Assembly (NCBI GenBank): GCA_002269645.1
Contig: NIVC01002184.1
Span: forward strand, 62,001 to 126,000
Length of the DNA stretch: 64,000 bases
Reading direction: 5' to 3'
Source: Macrostomum lignano
Taxonomy: Eukaryota
Of this stretch, positions 22,441 to 34,360 are shown piece by piece (the stretch's first letter is position 1; each line of letters begins with the position of its first letter). Position numbers and translations under genes: made by a program. The notes under the pieces are model-generated. The model worked only from the letters and a program-made list of their open reading frames with translations. It had not been told where the DNA came from and made no database searches.

Positions 22441-22622
22441 CCAAAAATACACTAACGGAGATAGGAATTTTTCTTTTTTCAGCACAAAAAATGTTATTGC
22501 TTTCGATTGGAGGCAGAAAGGCCAGCATATAAAAAAATAAATACTGGATCTGCCTCCAATCGATAGTAATAACATTTTTTGTGCTGAAAAATGAAAACTC
22601 CCTATCTCAGTAGTGTATTTGG
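22441..22622. repeat. Imperfect inverted repeat / MITE-like hairpin (about 75-bp arms, 31-bp spacer)
   Basis: Arm 22441-22517 is the imperfect reverse complement of 22549-22622. Confidence 0.8.
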
Positions 22623-22899
22623 TAAAAAATAGTTGAGCTCTACTCGTAGGAGCTTAGGAAAATAGTCGACTGCTAGAAACAATCTTTTGGAGCAAGTTTA
22701 TAATGCTAGGACTTAAATACTCCACTCCTAACTCCTAGGTTAATAGTTCAAAGGGCCAATTGACACCACTTAGGCCTACCCTAACCTCAATTAATCAAGA
22801 GTTTATTCTGGAGATGATTCAAACTCCTTTAATGCCAAGTTTTTTAGCTTTTAAATAATATTATGATTCTTGAACCCAGATAACAGTTTTGATATTCCT

Positions 22900-23505
22900 C
22901 CTGAAGACGGTAGTCTTCACGGTGCCCTCCGACCTGCCTGCCGAGATCAACTACCGAGACGCTGCCGGGAGGCCGCGTTTCGGTCTGTGCCCTCCGTGCT
23001 CACTGCTCCATTCTGAGGCCCTGGATGACGGGCTCAAGGCTCGGCTGTTTCAGACGTTGAGACTGTCTTGTTGTACAACGCCGAGACCTGGACCCTGACG
23101 GACGCTTCGGAGAGGCAGCTGGACGCCGCGCATGCGGCCATGCTGCGTGCGGCGTTCGGAGTGCGCAGCGGTCCAGGCAGCGAGACCAACGCCGCGCTCT
23201 ACACGAGGACACGCCTGATGCGGCCTTCTGACCTGCTGCGCGGGCGGCGACTTCGACTGGCTGGCCACGTCATCCGGTCGGAGACTCGCTGCCCTGAGCC
23301 GCTGCTGCTCAAGTTGCAGGGACTGCGCAGGCGAGGCCAAGGGCGAACGGCGAGAGACCCTGACAGGCTTTTGACCGATGCTGGCGCCCCGGACCAAGCT
23401 GGGGGTGTGAATTTCTGAGGGCTTTGGCCCAGAGACGCGCTCTCTGACTTCTCCCCCCTTTCTAGCCACTGCGTGGCTGGCGGGTGTTGTTGTTGTTGTT
23501 GTTCA
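22900..23505 (+). mobile_element. 5'-truncated RTE-clade non-LTR retrotransposon fragment
   Basis: Frameshifted C-terminal RT-downstream motifs (LYNAETWTLT, LDAAHAAMLR, RRLRLAGHVIR), a (GTT)n tail at about 23485-23503, and TSD ATATTCCT at 22892-22899 and 23506-23513. Confidence 0.85.
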
Positions 23506-25524
23506 ATATTCCTATACTTTATGGCAAAGTTGTATTCCAGCAGGTGCTATCTGTGAACATTCAAAAGCTTCATACCATAACAGACTTCTAATCTAATGGT
23601 TCTAAATGTGTACCACATGCCAGAGCAACTACCCATGGCATGGCAACTACTCATAGTCTTCCTAATAGTGCCAGTGGCTTTCTACTGCATTAAATATCAG
23701 GTTGATGGTTATTTATCATTTCTCCTTGCTGTCCGTGACTGTTGAGTGTCTTATTCTGCAAGGGCTGGGCAGTTCTGCAGTTTTGAGGCCCTATCAGACT
23801 GCCAGAGGACAGCTTTGCTAAGTGGCGGTTGCCGGGGTTGTGCTTGTCCTAGTTTGTATTGCTGGATACATATAGATGACCTGCTGTGCACTACCTTCAA
23901 GGATCAGGGCCACAAATGACACAATAGCAACCCTAACTAACATTTTATGAACTCGTGGGAAATAAGGTGCAGTCAATAAACAAATAATTTATAAAAGGAA
24001 CAAAATTTAAATAGTAAGGGTGAATGTAGATCAAGCAACAGAAAAACTAGATTGGTAGAAACTACAGGCTGTTGATATCATATGCATTATTATGCATATT
24101 TAATTAAGACAGCCAATATCAAAGCCTGTAATTCTACACAACCAAGTCAAACTTGTTGCATTAAAATTGGGTATACTACAAATAATATGATTACACTGAT
24201 AATATATAATAACCAAAGCTATATCTAGCTATAGTCTATATGTAGGCATACCTCTATAACTATAGTATAATACATATATTAAATCTCCTTTAAAAGAGCC
24301 TATAAGTAGGTGGATTCTACTTCATATTCATAGGATACATAGCATTTTGATCAGAGTCCTTTGTAGTCATTTTTGTTTTTAGTGGCTTTCTCTACATCTA
24401 CTTCTATTGTGTTATACTTAATCTTCTTAATTTCACTGATTCTCTGTCTGAATCAACAGTGGGATTTGACTCTCAAAAGCTACAATTGAATTGAATCCCA
24501 ACTTTATTGACAACTTTGGCTTTCATTTATGACTTTGCCATTTACCAGGCCATAATTATAAAGGCATATAGAAAAGTGAAGGTTTTAACCAGTTACAACA
24601 AAATAAAATGAGAACAACAATGCATATTTTATGCTTTGCTTTTTATTTTAAATTTTCTTAGAAGTCAACTTTAATAAGATTAAGAGGGTCTAAGCCATTA
24701 AAACAGCATGTGATAAAAGTGGGGCTACAGTTCCTAATAAAGTATAGCCCAAAAGCCAATTGCTAGGGAGATCTACTTTGCTTTTCACATTGGTTTAGTT
24801 AGATATGGCACCATAGACCTATCCTACCATCTAGTTTTAAATAGTCTAGCTAGTCTTAATATACTCAGGGTGTGTCTATTTACTCCTGCTAATGTACTTA
24901 TTCTTTTTTGCCTGCTATCTTGCCTATTTGCTTTGCTTATACATATTAATGTGTTTATTTTTTGTCTTTATAACTTTTGCCATTACATTTCTATTAATAA
25001 AGTATGATGAGTACATTTACATTTCATTTCGTATATGCACAATTTCCCTTAATTACACCGGCTATATAGCTTCCTTTTTTACCAAAAAATGTAACTTTAC
25101 TTGTGAAAGAAACCCTAAATGAAAAATTAATTCAATTTTGGGTATTGGCAAGAATAACTACAAGGTCTTATTAAGGCTAAATATTTCATTATTTAACAAG
25201 TACTAATCTATTTTTGGGGTTGGCATTTTTTTAACTTACTCTTGGCTAGGCCTCTTATTAGCTAGATGGCCAGGTATTAAGCATGTACTTATATATTTCA
25301 GTTTTATCAAAACTTCAAAAAACACTATCTGGTAACATACTAGACAACAATGAACTTAAATATATTTTTACACAAGGATGCATGCAAAAATTGATTATAT
25401 ATTTTAAAAATGGAATATATTTATAGAGATAATGTTTTATTTTCAAGGCATAATAATTTTATAACAATTTAATACACTAAAATCCAAATTAATTATAGTA
25501 GCCTAGTCCATATACTAAAAATGG

Positions 25525-25640
25525 TCTGTCGGTATGTGTGTGTGTGTGTATGTGTGTGTGTGTGATCGATTTTAGCAAAAACGGCTCAACCGATTTTCTT
25601 CGAACTTGCACTGTTCGATCAGAAATTTTCCCGTGACAGT
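25525..25640 (+). mobile_element. Possible non-autonomous Helentron (HINE/DINE-like) fragment
   Basis: GTCTGTC-(GT)n microsatellite followed by AAAAACGGCTCAACCGATTTT, a layout typical of such elements; the ends were not defined. Confidence 0.4.
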
Positions 25641-26189
25641 ACATGCATCGTGGCTAAGAAATTGCTTGATGCTAAAGGGATTAAATATTCGAAAAACATG
25701 CTTTTTTGCAAAGGTCAAGCAGCTCTTTCGACTTGAAATGCATCGTAAGAATGCTAGCAGAAAAACTGACTGGTTGAATTCTGATTCTGAAATAGATTGC
25801 ATCACAATACACTTTATTTATCGTCTGTGTACTGGCTGAATTTGACACTCAATTGAATTGCGTCACAGCTTTGAGTGTGAAAGCATAGCGCAGTACTGAA
25901 TTTATATTTCGTAACCATATTGTAAACTTTCATAGACACTGGTACTGACTTGCCTAAGAAATTGATTATGTCATAACTGCTTCGTGAGACTTTTTACTCT
26001 ACCTGACTTGGTGTGAGTGTTGAATTATATAAGTGGTACAACATCACTGATAACTTCGATGAGAGCTAGCCTAGAGCTGAACAGACCAGACTGCTAATGC
26101 AGCGACCTAGGTTCGAATCTAAGTAGTTTAAAAGTAGTAGTGTAAATTTTTTTATTAAAAGGTTTTATTAAAGGACTAAATAAAAACAC

Positions 26190-28600
26190 TTAGATTACTG
26201 CACTCGATAAGCCAAGGATTATTGCTATTAATAAACCAAGGACTACTGCACTCGATAAACCAAGGACTATTGCTCTTGGCAAACCAAGGATTACTGCACT
26301 CAAGAAGCCAAGGATTATTGCTATTAATAAACCAAGGATTACTGCACTTGGAAAACCAAGGATTACTGCACTCGATAAACCAAGGACTATTGCTCTTGGC
26401 AAACCAAGGATTACTGCACTCAAGAAGCCAAGGATTATTGCACTTGGAAAACCAAGGATTACTGCACTCGATAAACCAAGGACTATTGCTCTTGGCAAAC
26501 CAAGGATTACTGCACTCAAGAAGCCAAGGATTATTGCTATTAATAAACCAAGGATTACTGCACTTGGAAAACCAAGGATTACTGCACTCGATAAACCAAG
26601 GACTATTGCTCTTGGCAAACCAAGGATTACTGCACTCAAGAAGCCAAGGATTATTGCACTTGGAAAACCAAGGATTACTGCACTCGATAAACCAAGGACT
26701 ATTGCACTTGATAAACCAAGGAATATTGCACTTGATAGGCCAAGGATTACTGCACTTGATAAACCAAGGATTATTGCACTTGATAGGCCAAAGATTACTG
26801 CGCTTGATAAACCAAGGATTATTGCACTTGATAAACAAAGGATTATTGCACTTGATAAACAAAGGATTATTGCACTTGATAAACAAAGGATTATTGCACT
26901 TGATAAACCAAGGATTATTGCACTTGATAAGCCAAGGATTATTGCACTTGATAAGCCATGGATTATTGCACTTGATAGTAAAGAATGTTGCACTTGATAA
27001 GCCAAGGATTAATGCACTGGATTATTCAAGGATTATTGATATTAATAAACCAAGGACTACTCCACTCGATAAACCAAGGATTATTGCTCTTAATAAACCA
27101 AGGATTACTGCACTTGGAAAACTAAGGATTACTGCACTCGATAAACCAAAGACTATTGCACTTGATAAACCAAGGATTATTGCACTTGATAGGCCAAGGA
27201 TTACTGCACTTGATAAACCAAGGATTATTGCACTTGATAGGCCAAAAATTACTGCGCTTGATAAACCAAGGATTATTGCACTTGATAAACCAAGGATTAT
27301 TGCACTTGATAAGCCAAGGATTATTGCACTTGATAAACCAATGATTATTGCAGTTGATAAGCCAAGGATTATTGCATCTGATAAACCAAAGATTATTGCA
27401 CTTGATAAACCAAGGATTATTGCACTTGATAAACAAAGGATTATTGCACTTGATAGGCCAAAGATTACTGCGCTTGATAAACCAAGGATTATTGCACTTG
27501 ATAAACCAAGGATTATTGCACTTGATAAGCCAAGGATTATTGCACTTGATAAACAAAGGATTATTGCAGTTGATAAGCCAAAAATTATTGCATCTGATAA
27601 ACCAAGGATTATTGCACTTGATAAACCAAGGATTATTGCACTTGATAAACCAAGGATTATTGCACTTGATAAACCAAGGATTATTGCTCTTGGCAAACCA
27701 AGGATTACTGCACTCGATAAGCCAAGGATTATTGCTCTTAATAAACCAAGGATTACTGCACTTGGAAAACTAAGGATTACTGCACTCGATAAACTAAGGA
27801 TTATTGCTCTTGGCAAACCAAGGATTATTGCACTTGATAGGCCAAGGATTACTGCACTTGATAAACCAAGGATTATTGCACTTGATAAACCAAGGATTAT
27901 TGCACTTGATAAGCCAAGGATTATTGCACTTGATAGGCCAAGGATTACTGCGCTTGATAAACCAAGGATTATTGCACTTGATAAACCAAGGATTATTGCA
28001 GTTGATAAGCCAAGGATTATTGCACTTGATAAACCAAGGATTATTACACTTGATAAACCAAGGATTATTGCACTTGATAAACCAAGGATTATTGCACTTG
28101 ATAGGCCAAGGATTACTGCACTTGATAAACCAAGGATTATTGCACTTGATAGGCCAAAGATTACTGCGCTTGATAAACCAAGGATTATTGCAGTTGATAA
28201 GCCAAGGATTATTGCACTTGATAAACCAAGGATTATTTCACTTGATAAACCAAGGATTATTGCACTTGATAAACAAATATTGCACTTGATAAACCAAGGA
28301 TTATTGCACCTGATAAGCCAAGGATTACTGCGCTAGATAAACCAAGGATTATTGCACTTAATAAACCAAGGATTATTGCACTTAATAAACCAAGGATTAT
28401 TGCACTTGATAAACCAAGGATTATTGCACTTGATAAACAAAGGATTATTGCACTTGATAAACCAAGGATTATTGCACTTTATAAGCCAAAGATTACTGCA
28501 CTTGATAAACCAAGGATTATTGCACTTGATAAACCAAGGATTATTGCACTTGATTAATCAAGGATTATTGCTATTAATAAACCAAGGATTATTGCACTAG
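26190..28600 (+). repeat. Minisatellite, 24-bp unit (CCAAGGATTATTGCACTTGATAAA), about 100 copies
   Basis: Periodicity read directly; the long LDKPRIIA / LINQGLLH ORFs are artefacts. Confidence 0.97.
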
Positions 28601-28789
28601 CTGAGAAGCTGATTACTGCGCTGTCTAAAAAAGAGATTATTGCGCTCGCTGAGACGTGGATTGTTGCACAACCTGAGAAAGCGATTATTGCATTAGCGGA
28701 AGTAACATTTGCACTAGCTACTTGCTGTCTCGTGGATGCTTGCTCTCGAGGGGGGATACTTGCTATTTGGGAGAGGGGGTACTGGCTAC

Positions 28790-29510
28790 ATGCATGGGAT
28801 TCTTTCTATCCAGGGATGCTTGCTATTCAGGGATTCTTGCTATCTGCAGGATGCTTGCTATTTAGGGATTCTTGCTATCTGCAGGATGCTTGCTATCTGG
28901 GTGGATGCTTCTATAATATCTGGGGGTGCTTGCTATCTGTGTGGATGCTTCTATAATATCTGGGGGGTGCTTGCTATCTGTGTGGATGCTTCTATAATAT
29001 CTGGGGGGTGCTTGCTATCTGGGTGGATGCTTCTATAATATCTGGGGGGTGCTTGCTATCTGTGTGGATGCTTCTATAATATCTGGGGGGTGCTTGCTAT
29101 CTGGGTGGATGCTTCTATAATATCTGGGGGGTGCTTGCTATCTGGGTGGATGCTTCTATAATATCTGGGGGGTGCTTGCTATCTGGGTGGATGCTTCTAT
29201 AATATCTGGGGGGTGCTTGCTATCTGTGTGGATGCTTCTATAATATCTGGGGGGTGCTTGCTATCTGGGTGGATGCTTCTATAATATCTGGGGGGTGCTT
29301 GCTATCTGGGTGGATGCTTCTATAATATCTGGGGGGTGCTTGCTATCTGGGTGGATGCTTCTATAATATCTGGGGGGGTGCTTGCTATCTGCAGGATGCT
29401 TCTATAATATCTGGGGGTGCTTGCTAATCTGCAGATGCTTGCTATCTGTGGTGATTCTTGCTATGAGCATTAGAGGATGCTTGCTATCTGCGATTGTTCA
29501 CTTTTGGAGG
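28790..29510 (+). repeat. Minisatellite, 41-42-bp unit (GGGGTGCTTGCTATCTGGGTGGATGCTTCTATAATATCTGG)
   Basis: Periodicity read directly, degenerate at both ends. Confidence 0.93.
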
Positions 29511-32387
29511 GGGTTGCTTGCTGTCTTGGGAATATTTTCTATTTAGGGAAACGATATTTTGTTGACTGTTTGTTAATTTTAGAGAAAAAGTGATTTTTTT
29601 AATTTTGCAAACATCTTAGTCCGTGACAATTTTACACGAATAAGGTGATTTTTAAAATGTGAAGAAGGAATTAGTGTTTAAGAAAATGTGTTTTTTTATT
29701 GTTTTCCATGAACTATTTTTGCTCCTTTCTTATTGGGCGCCCCGAAGGGGGGCCGCACTAGATTGCTAGTATAAAACTAACAATGTATAAAGTTTAGAAC
29801 ACCATGCAAAGTAAATAACTTTCATGGCTGAAGAACTTTAAATTAATATAGCATTGTTAATGGTTGGTATAATAAATAAGCAATTGATGCAATAATTATA
29901 CCATTGGAATTTTTAATTAACAATGCAATAATTTATATCACACTCAAATTTAGTTAATTTTTTATCTAGAATAAGCATTAAATATAAAGAAAAGTTCATC
30001 AGAATAGCCTAAATAAATAAAACTAGGCCTATATTTGTTTAATGATCTTATACCTATAGGATCCAAACTTAAAAGTTGCATTTTTAAATTAGACTAAAGA
30101 TGCAATTTAGCAACTCAGTACTAGCAAAAAACCTAGGCTCTAACCTATTAAACTAGGCCTGAGATAAAATATAATGCCTAGAAATTAAACATTTAAAAAT
30201 ACAATTTAAGATTGAAATCTATCAAGTATGCGCCAATGGATTGGGAAAAGGGTTGCAAATTGGAATATTGCACCAATAAGACTTTTTTGTGTTGCAACAA
30301 TAAAGCCAAGGACCTTTTTGCATTACTTTTTTGTTTTGACTTATTTTCCATGGCATAGATACTATATAGTACTGACCATGGTATCATGCATTATTAATTT
30401 GTTACCTTTTTATATATGTAACACTGCTATGCAAAGCATACCAAAAAACTTTGCCAACTCCTTGATGCATGCCATGTACATAGTAGGCCTACTAAACTGT
30501 CTAGGACTCTAGGACCTTAATGCAATATAAGAATTTTCCTTTTAAAACAATATCTTTGGAAGTATAGTATAATATATTAAAAACCTAAATTATTCAATTA
30601 GAAAAAGCAATATATAACATAATTATATAAAAATTATATTAGAGACCTAGCTTTGTAATAGAAATTAATGCTAATATAATTAATAAAAATATTTGTTAGC
30701 AGTTAAGCCTATTATACAAAAACTAATTTTTTCCTTGAAATATAAAAGTAAACATAAATATAATATACTTACAAATTATCATCAAATGTGTTAGGCCTAC
30801 TTGATCTCATTTGTTTTTATTTAACTTAGGACCTAACCACTTGACTTGGTATTAAGAAATATAATAAAAAATCTTGATTTTGAGTAGGCCTTATAACTTA
30901 TTTATAAGAAAAATAAGGTGAAATTAAATAGCCTAATCAATTTTTGAATATCATGTTAAATAATCATGAGAAATCTAGGCCTATAAGATTTTATATTATA
31001 ATTTTGTTTAATAATTTTTAAATAAGCCAAGCCCTAGGGCCTAATATTAGGGCCTATATTGTTAAACTAGATGTTAAGATTCTTATAATTGTTATGATTA
31101 AATCCAACATTCAAGGCTAGCTTAGCAAAGGCAAGGTTATTAAATTCAAGGTCAAAGTTAATAAACCTAAGGCTTAGCCTAATTTAGAATGCTAGGGCCT
31201 AGGCTCAAAGCCATTTAATGACTTAAAATTTGAAGACCAGTGGCAGTGTCTAAAATAAAAGTGAAACATTTAAAATAATTAATATGCTTAATTTGTCATT
31301 ATTTGACAGAATAGGGATGGCCTTGCCCTTAGTAGGCCTAGGCTTACTAGGGCTTAATCTGAGATCATTTTTACAATTAAGGCTTTTTTTATTCTAAAAG
31401 ATTAAAATCAAGGAAACTTGGAAGCAGAGAAGCAGTAAACAAAAAACGAAGTTAGCATACAAAAGATTTAACCTGCAACTTAGGCCTAGCTTAGCTTTGA
31501 CTATCTAGACTAGAGCTAGGTCATCCTAGGCTAGGCCTAGTAAATAAATTTGGAAGTTAAAACTAAATAACTAACCTAGATAACAAGTGACGTTTTTTTC
31601 AGAATTGATTTGATCAAATGATGGGGCGGCTGGTTTTATGTTTAATTTTTATTATGTTTTATTGAATTAATTAATCAAAATACAATTACCTATCCTACTA
31701 TGGCTTCCTCTTATTCCCGTGCTGGAAAATTTAGAGCTCCCCTCCCGAAACGACGAGGCAAGCTTGCCTGTAGTCTCAAAAAGATTGCGACCGATAAAAA
31801 GCTCTGAACAATTTTGTATTACCGCATTATAAGAATGGATTCAATTATGGAAGCTGTTATAGAAAATATGTTTAAAATTTCTATTCATTTTCATAAAAAA
31901 TTGTTCAACTTATAAAAGTTCTCTAAAATAGAAAACTGTATATATGTACCTTATATTGGCACTTATTTAAATCTGCTCTAGTATGCCCGCTCGTCTCGCA
32001 AGATGACAAAGAACTTGATCAAAAAATAAATAAGAATACGGATACGCTATCTGCAAAATAAATTGTTCCTAAATAGTTATTGATCTATCGCTGTCGATCA
32101 ACAAGTTTTTAAGTTTATCCGTTTGTAAGTTTTACGCCTTCCATTATGCTACATGTGCATATATGTACGTTTCGCACTTCATCGAAAGAAGAAGCAAGTT
32201 GAAAAAATTAAGATGCGCGTAAATACATTCAAGAGGATCGCGGTGCAACATTGACTTTCATTTATTTAACAATACACTCGTAGCTATAAAAGCTTTTACT
32301 AACTTTTAGGAGTACCGCGCTGTGGGAACAACACGTACGACAGCTGGAAAGAGATCAGTAAAAAACACAACTAAAAATTGGTTTAAA

Positions 32388-33038
32388 ATGTCCTGCAACC
32401 CAGAAAAACAGAAAAAGACAAAAGGAATTCTTAAGCATCGTGGAAGTTTTGAACCATGTACAGTTTCGGCACCAGAAGGCATCAGCAATCAACCAGCTAT
32501 AAGACTGCCGCCTACTACTGATCAAGGTGACGAAAATGCCGGCGCCAGTGCAGATGCCGTTCCAGCATTCTCTAAGAGTCAATGTCTGCGGGCACCCGCC
32601 GATGCTCAGCGCAGGCGAACTAGCTTTAGCGAGGTGGCCATCATAGCTGCTGTTCCAGCTGCCCCCGTGGGCGTCAAGGCAGCCGCTACTGATGACGAAG
32701 ACGTCGGCGACAGCGTCAGCGAGCAGTTTTTGCTTCTAAATGAGCATCTGCCACCGACCGACGACCCGCATCACGACGCGGACGCGGAGGAGGTCGGCCT
32801 CACGGAAGAAGAGCGGCGACACCGGCGCGAGTTCCTCATGAAGCGGAAGCTGCACTGCCATCAGTACCAAGCGGCGGTGCAACTCCTGGCAAGCGGTTCG
32901 GTCGCCGAGGAGCTGCAGGAGGAAGCCGAAGATCAGCAGCAGGAAGCCGAAGCGCAGGCCGAGGCAACTCCTAGCCCAGTGGTGGTTGTGACTGAGCAGC
33001 CGGACTCCGATGAGGACCCGGTGAGGACCGCCAGCTAG
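32388..33038 (+). CDS. PPP1R2: Divergent protein phosphatase 1 inhibitor-2 (PPP1R2/IPP-2)-like protein, 216 aa, intronless CDS
   Basis: KGILK (SILK motif), RRTSFSEVAIIA aligning to KSQKWDEMNILA, and LTEEERRHRREFLMKRKLH aligning to LSPEEREKKRQFEMKRKLH, plus an acidic tail. An upstream TACTAAC branch point (32297-32303) and TTTTAG acceptor (32309) support expression. Confidence 0.8.
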   Translation: MSCNPEKQKKTKGILKHRGSFEPCTVSAPEGISNQPAIRLPPTTDQGDENAGASADAVPAFSKSQCLRAPADAQRRRTSFSEVAIIAAVPAAPVGVKAAATDDEDVGDSVSEQFLLLNEHLPPTDDPHHDADAEEVGLTEEERRHRREFLMKRKLHCHQYQAAVQLLASGSVAEELQEEAEDQQQEAEAQAEATPSPVVVVTEQPDSDEDPVRTAS

Positions 33039-34360
33039 TTTCGAGGACTTCACAATTCGGCTTTACTTCTTTGTTTCAAGTAATTTTGAGGGTCAAAATT
33101 AAACTTTAGAGTTAAATCGTGAAAGTCAGAGAATTTTTTGTTTCTTTTTACTTTTTTTCACTCACTTGCATCCATTTTGTCACCATTTATAACAACGAAA
33201 GGCAAATGTTTCACGTGTACGCTTCTGGCTTTCTGTTGTAATTTGCCTCATCGCACTCTGAGCGAATCGAAAACCAAGTATTTTAACATCACTTTTATTA
33301 GCTAACGCAAAGATCTGTATATCTGTATCTAACAACCCAGAAAAGTATTTTTGAATCATATTTTTGCCTCTGTGTGCAGTTTTTCCCAGTTTTATTGGAT
33401 TGTGAACATATAGAACTATCTAACCAATCACCCATGAATCTAATTCGTGGTTTTGTGCGGGTTCAATTCATTCGACATGTGCAGACAACAGAACTCTTGT
33501 AACTGAAAACTAAGATGCCGAGTTTTCCTGATTGTTTCTTATATTATTTCCTGTCACATAAAGCTGGGACGCCCCCCCAACCCCCCGGAGGCAGATCGGA
33601 TGGAGGTTGCTGCTGCGGCTGCTGCTGCCCCAGCTAAAGATTGGGTTGATTATTATTCGCACACGTCTTGCGCCATGTCCAAGCTAAAATCAAATTATCT
33701 ATCCGCATCTGCATTACTGTGTGTCCATCTAATCTTGTGGATTTTATTCAATTAGGTGAGCTTTGTTATTGATTTGAAAATTTCATCTCTTCTCACTGCG
33801 GATCAATTCCGCGCGTCTTTTTTTAGTAAGCTGAGAACGAGAGGACAATTAGATGATTTTATTTGATGCATGTAAAATTGTAAATGGTACTCTGCGATCA
33901 AAATCAGTAAAGAAATACAAACTCAAGTTAAAATATATACACTATATATTTTTGTGTCTAAATTGAATGCTGTAAGCTACAAGAAAGTTGATCATAGTTA
34001 TTTGGCCAGTTCCAAGGATCTCTTCAAAACATGCTTGGGCAAGAGTGCAAATCAGATGTGTACTTATTGCATGCCATGGACAGCTAAAGTAGAAGGACGC
34101 TTGCACTCGGAAAATCGAGCAGATTTCGGTGGACGCAAAGGTTTCCTGTTTTCAGAACTGAGCTAGGAAATCTGCGCCCTCCCCCGTTTGGGAGGCAACA
34201 AAGAAAATGTTAATTTCTTAAAGAAAATGATGTTTAAAGCAAAAAGTATTAGCCCTGAAAACCAGCTAAGCTATCTAGCTTAAGATATCAGCATCCCCTT
34301 TGAGCTTCGGCATCAATGCCTCTCTTTAGCATGTAAATTATTTTAGTGTATGTGTTTTAA

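Noticed and set aside
26176-28600. 704-aa and other leucine-rich-looking ORFs
   Set aside because: They are products of a 24-bp stop-poor satellite, open on both strands, and not true LRR consensus.
33590-33760. Exon-like GC-rich segment with an AG|GTGAGC donor
   Set aside because: The ATG frame ends in TAG at the donor, other frames are closed, and no partner exon was found.
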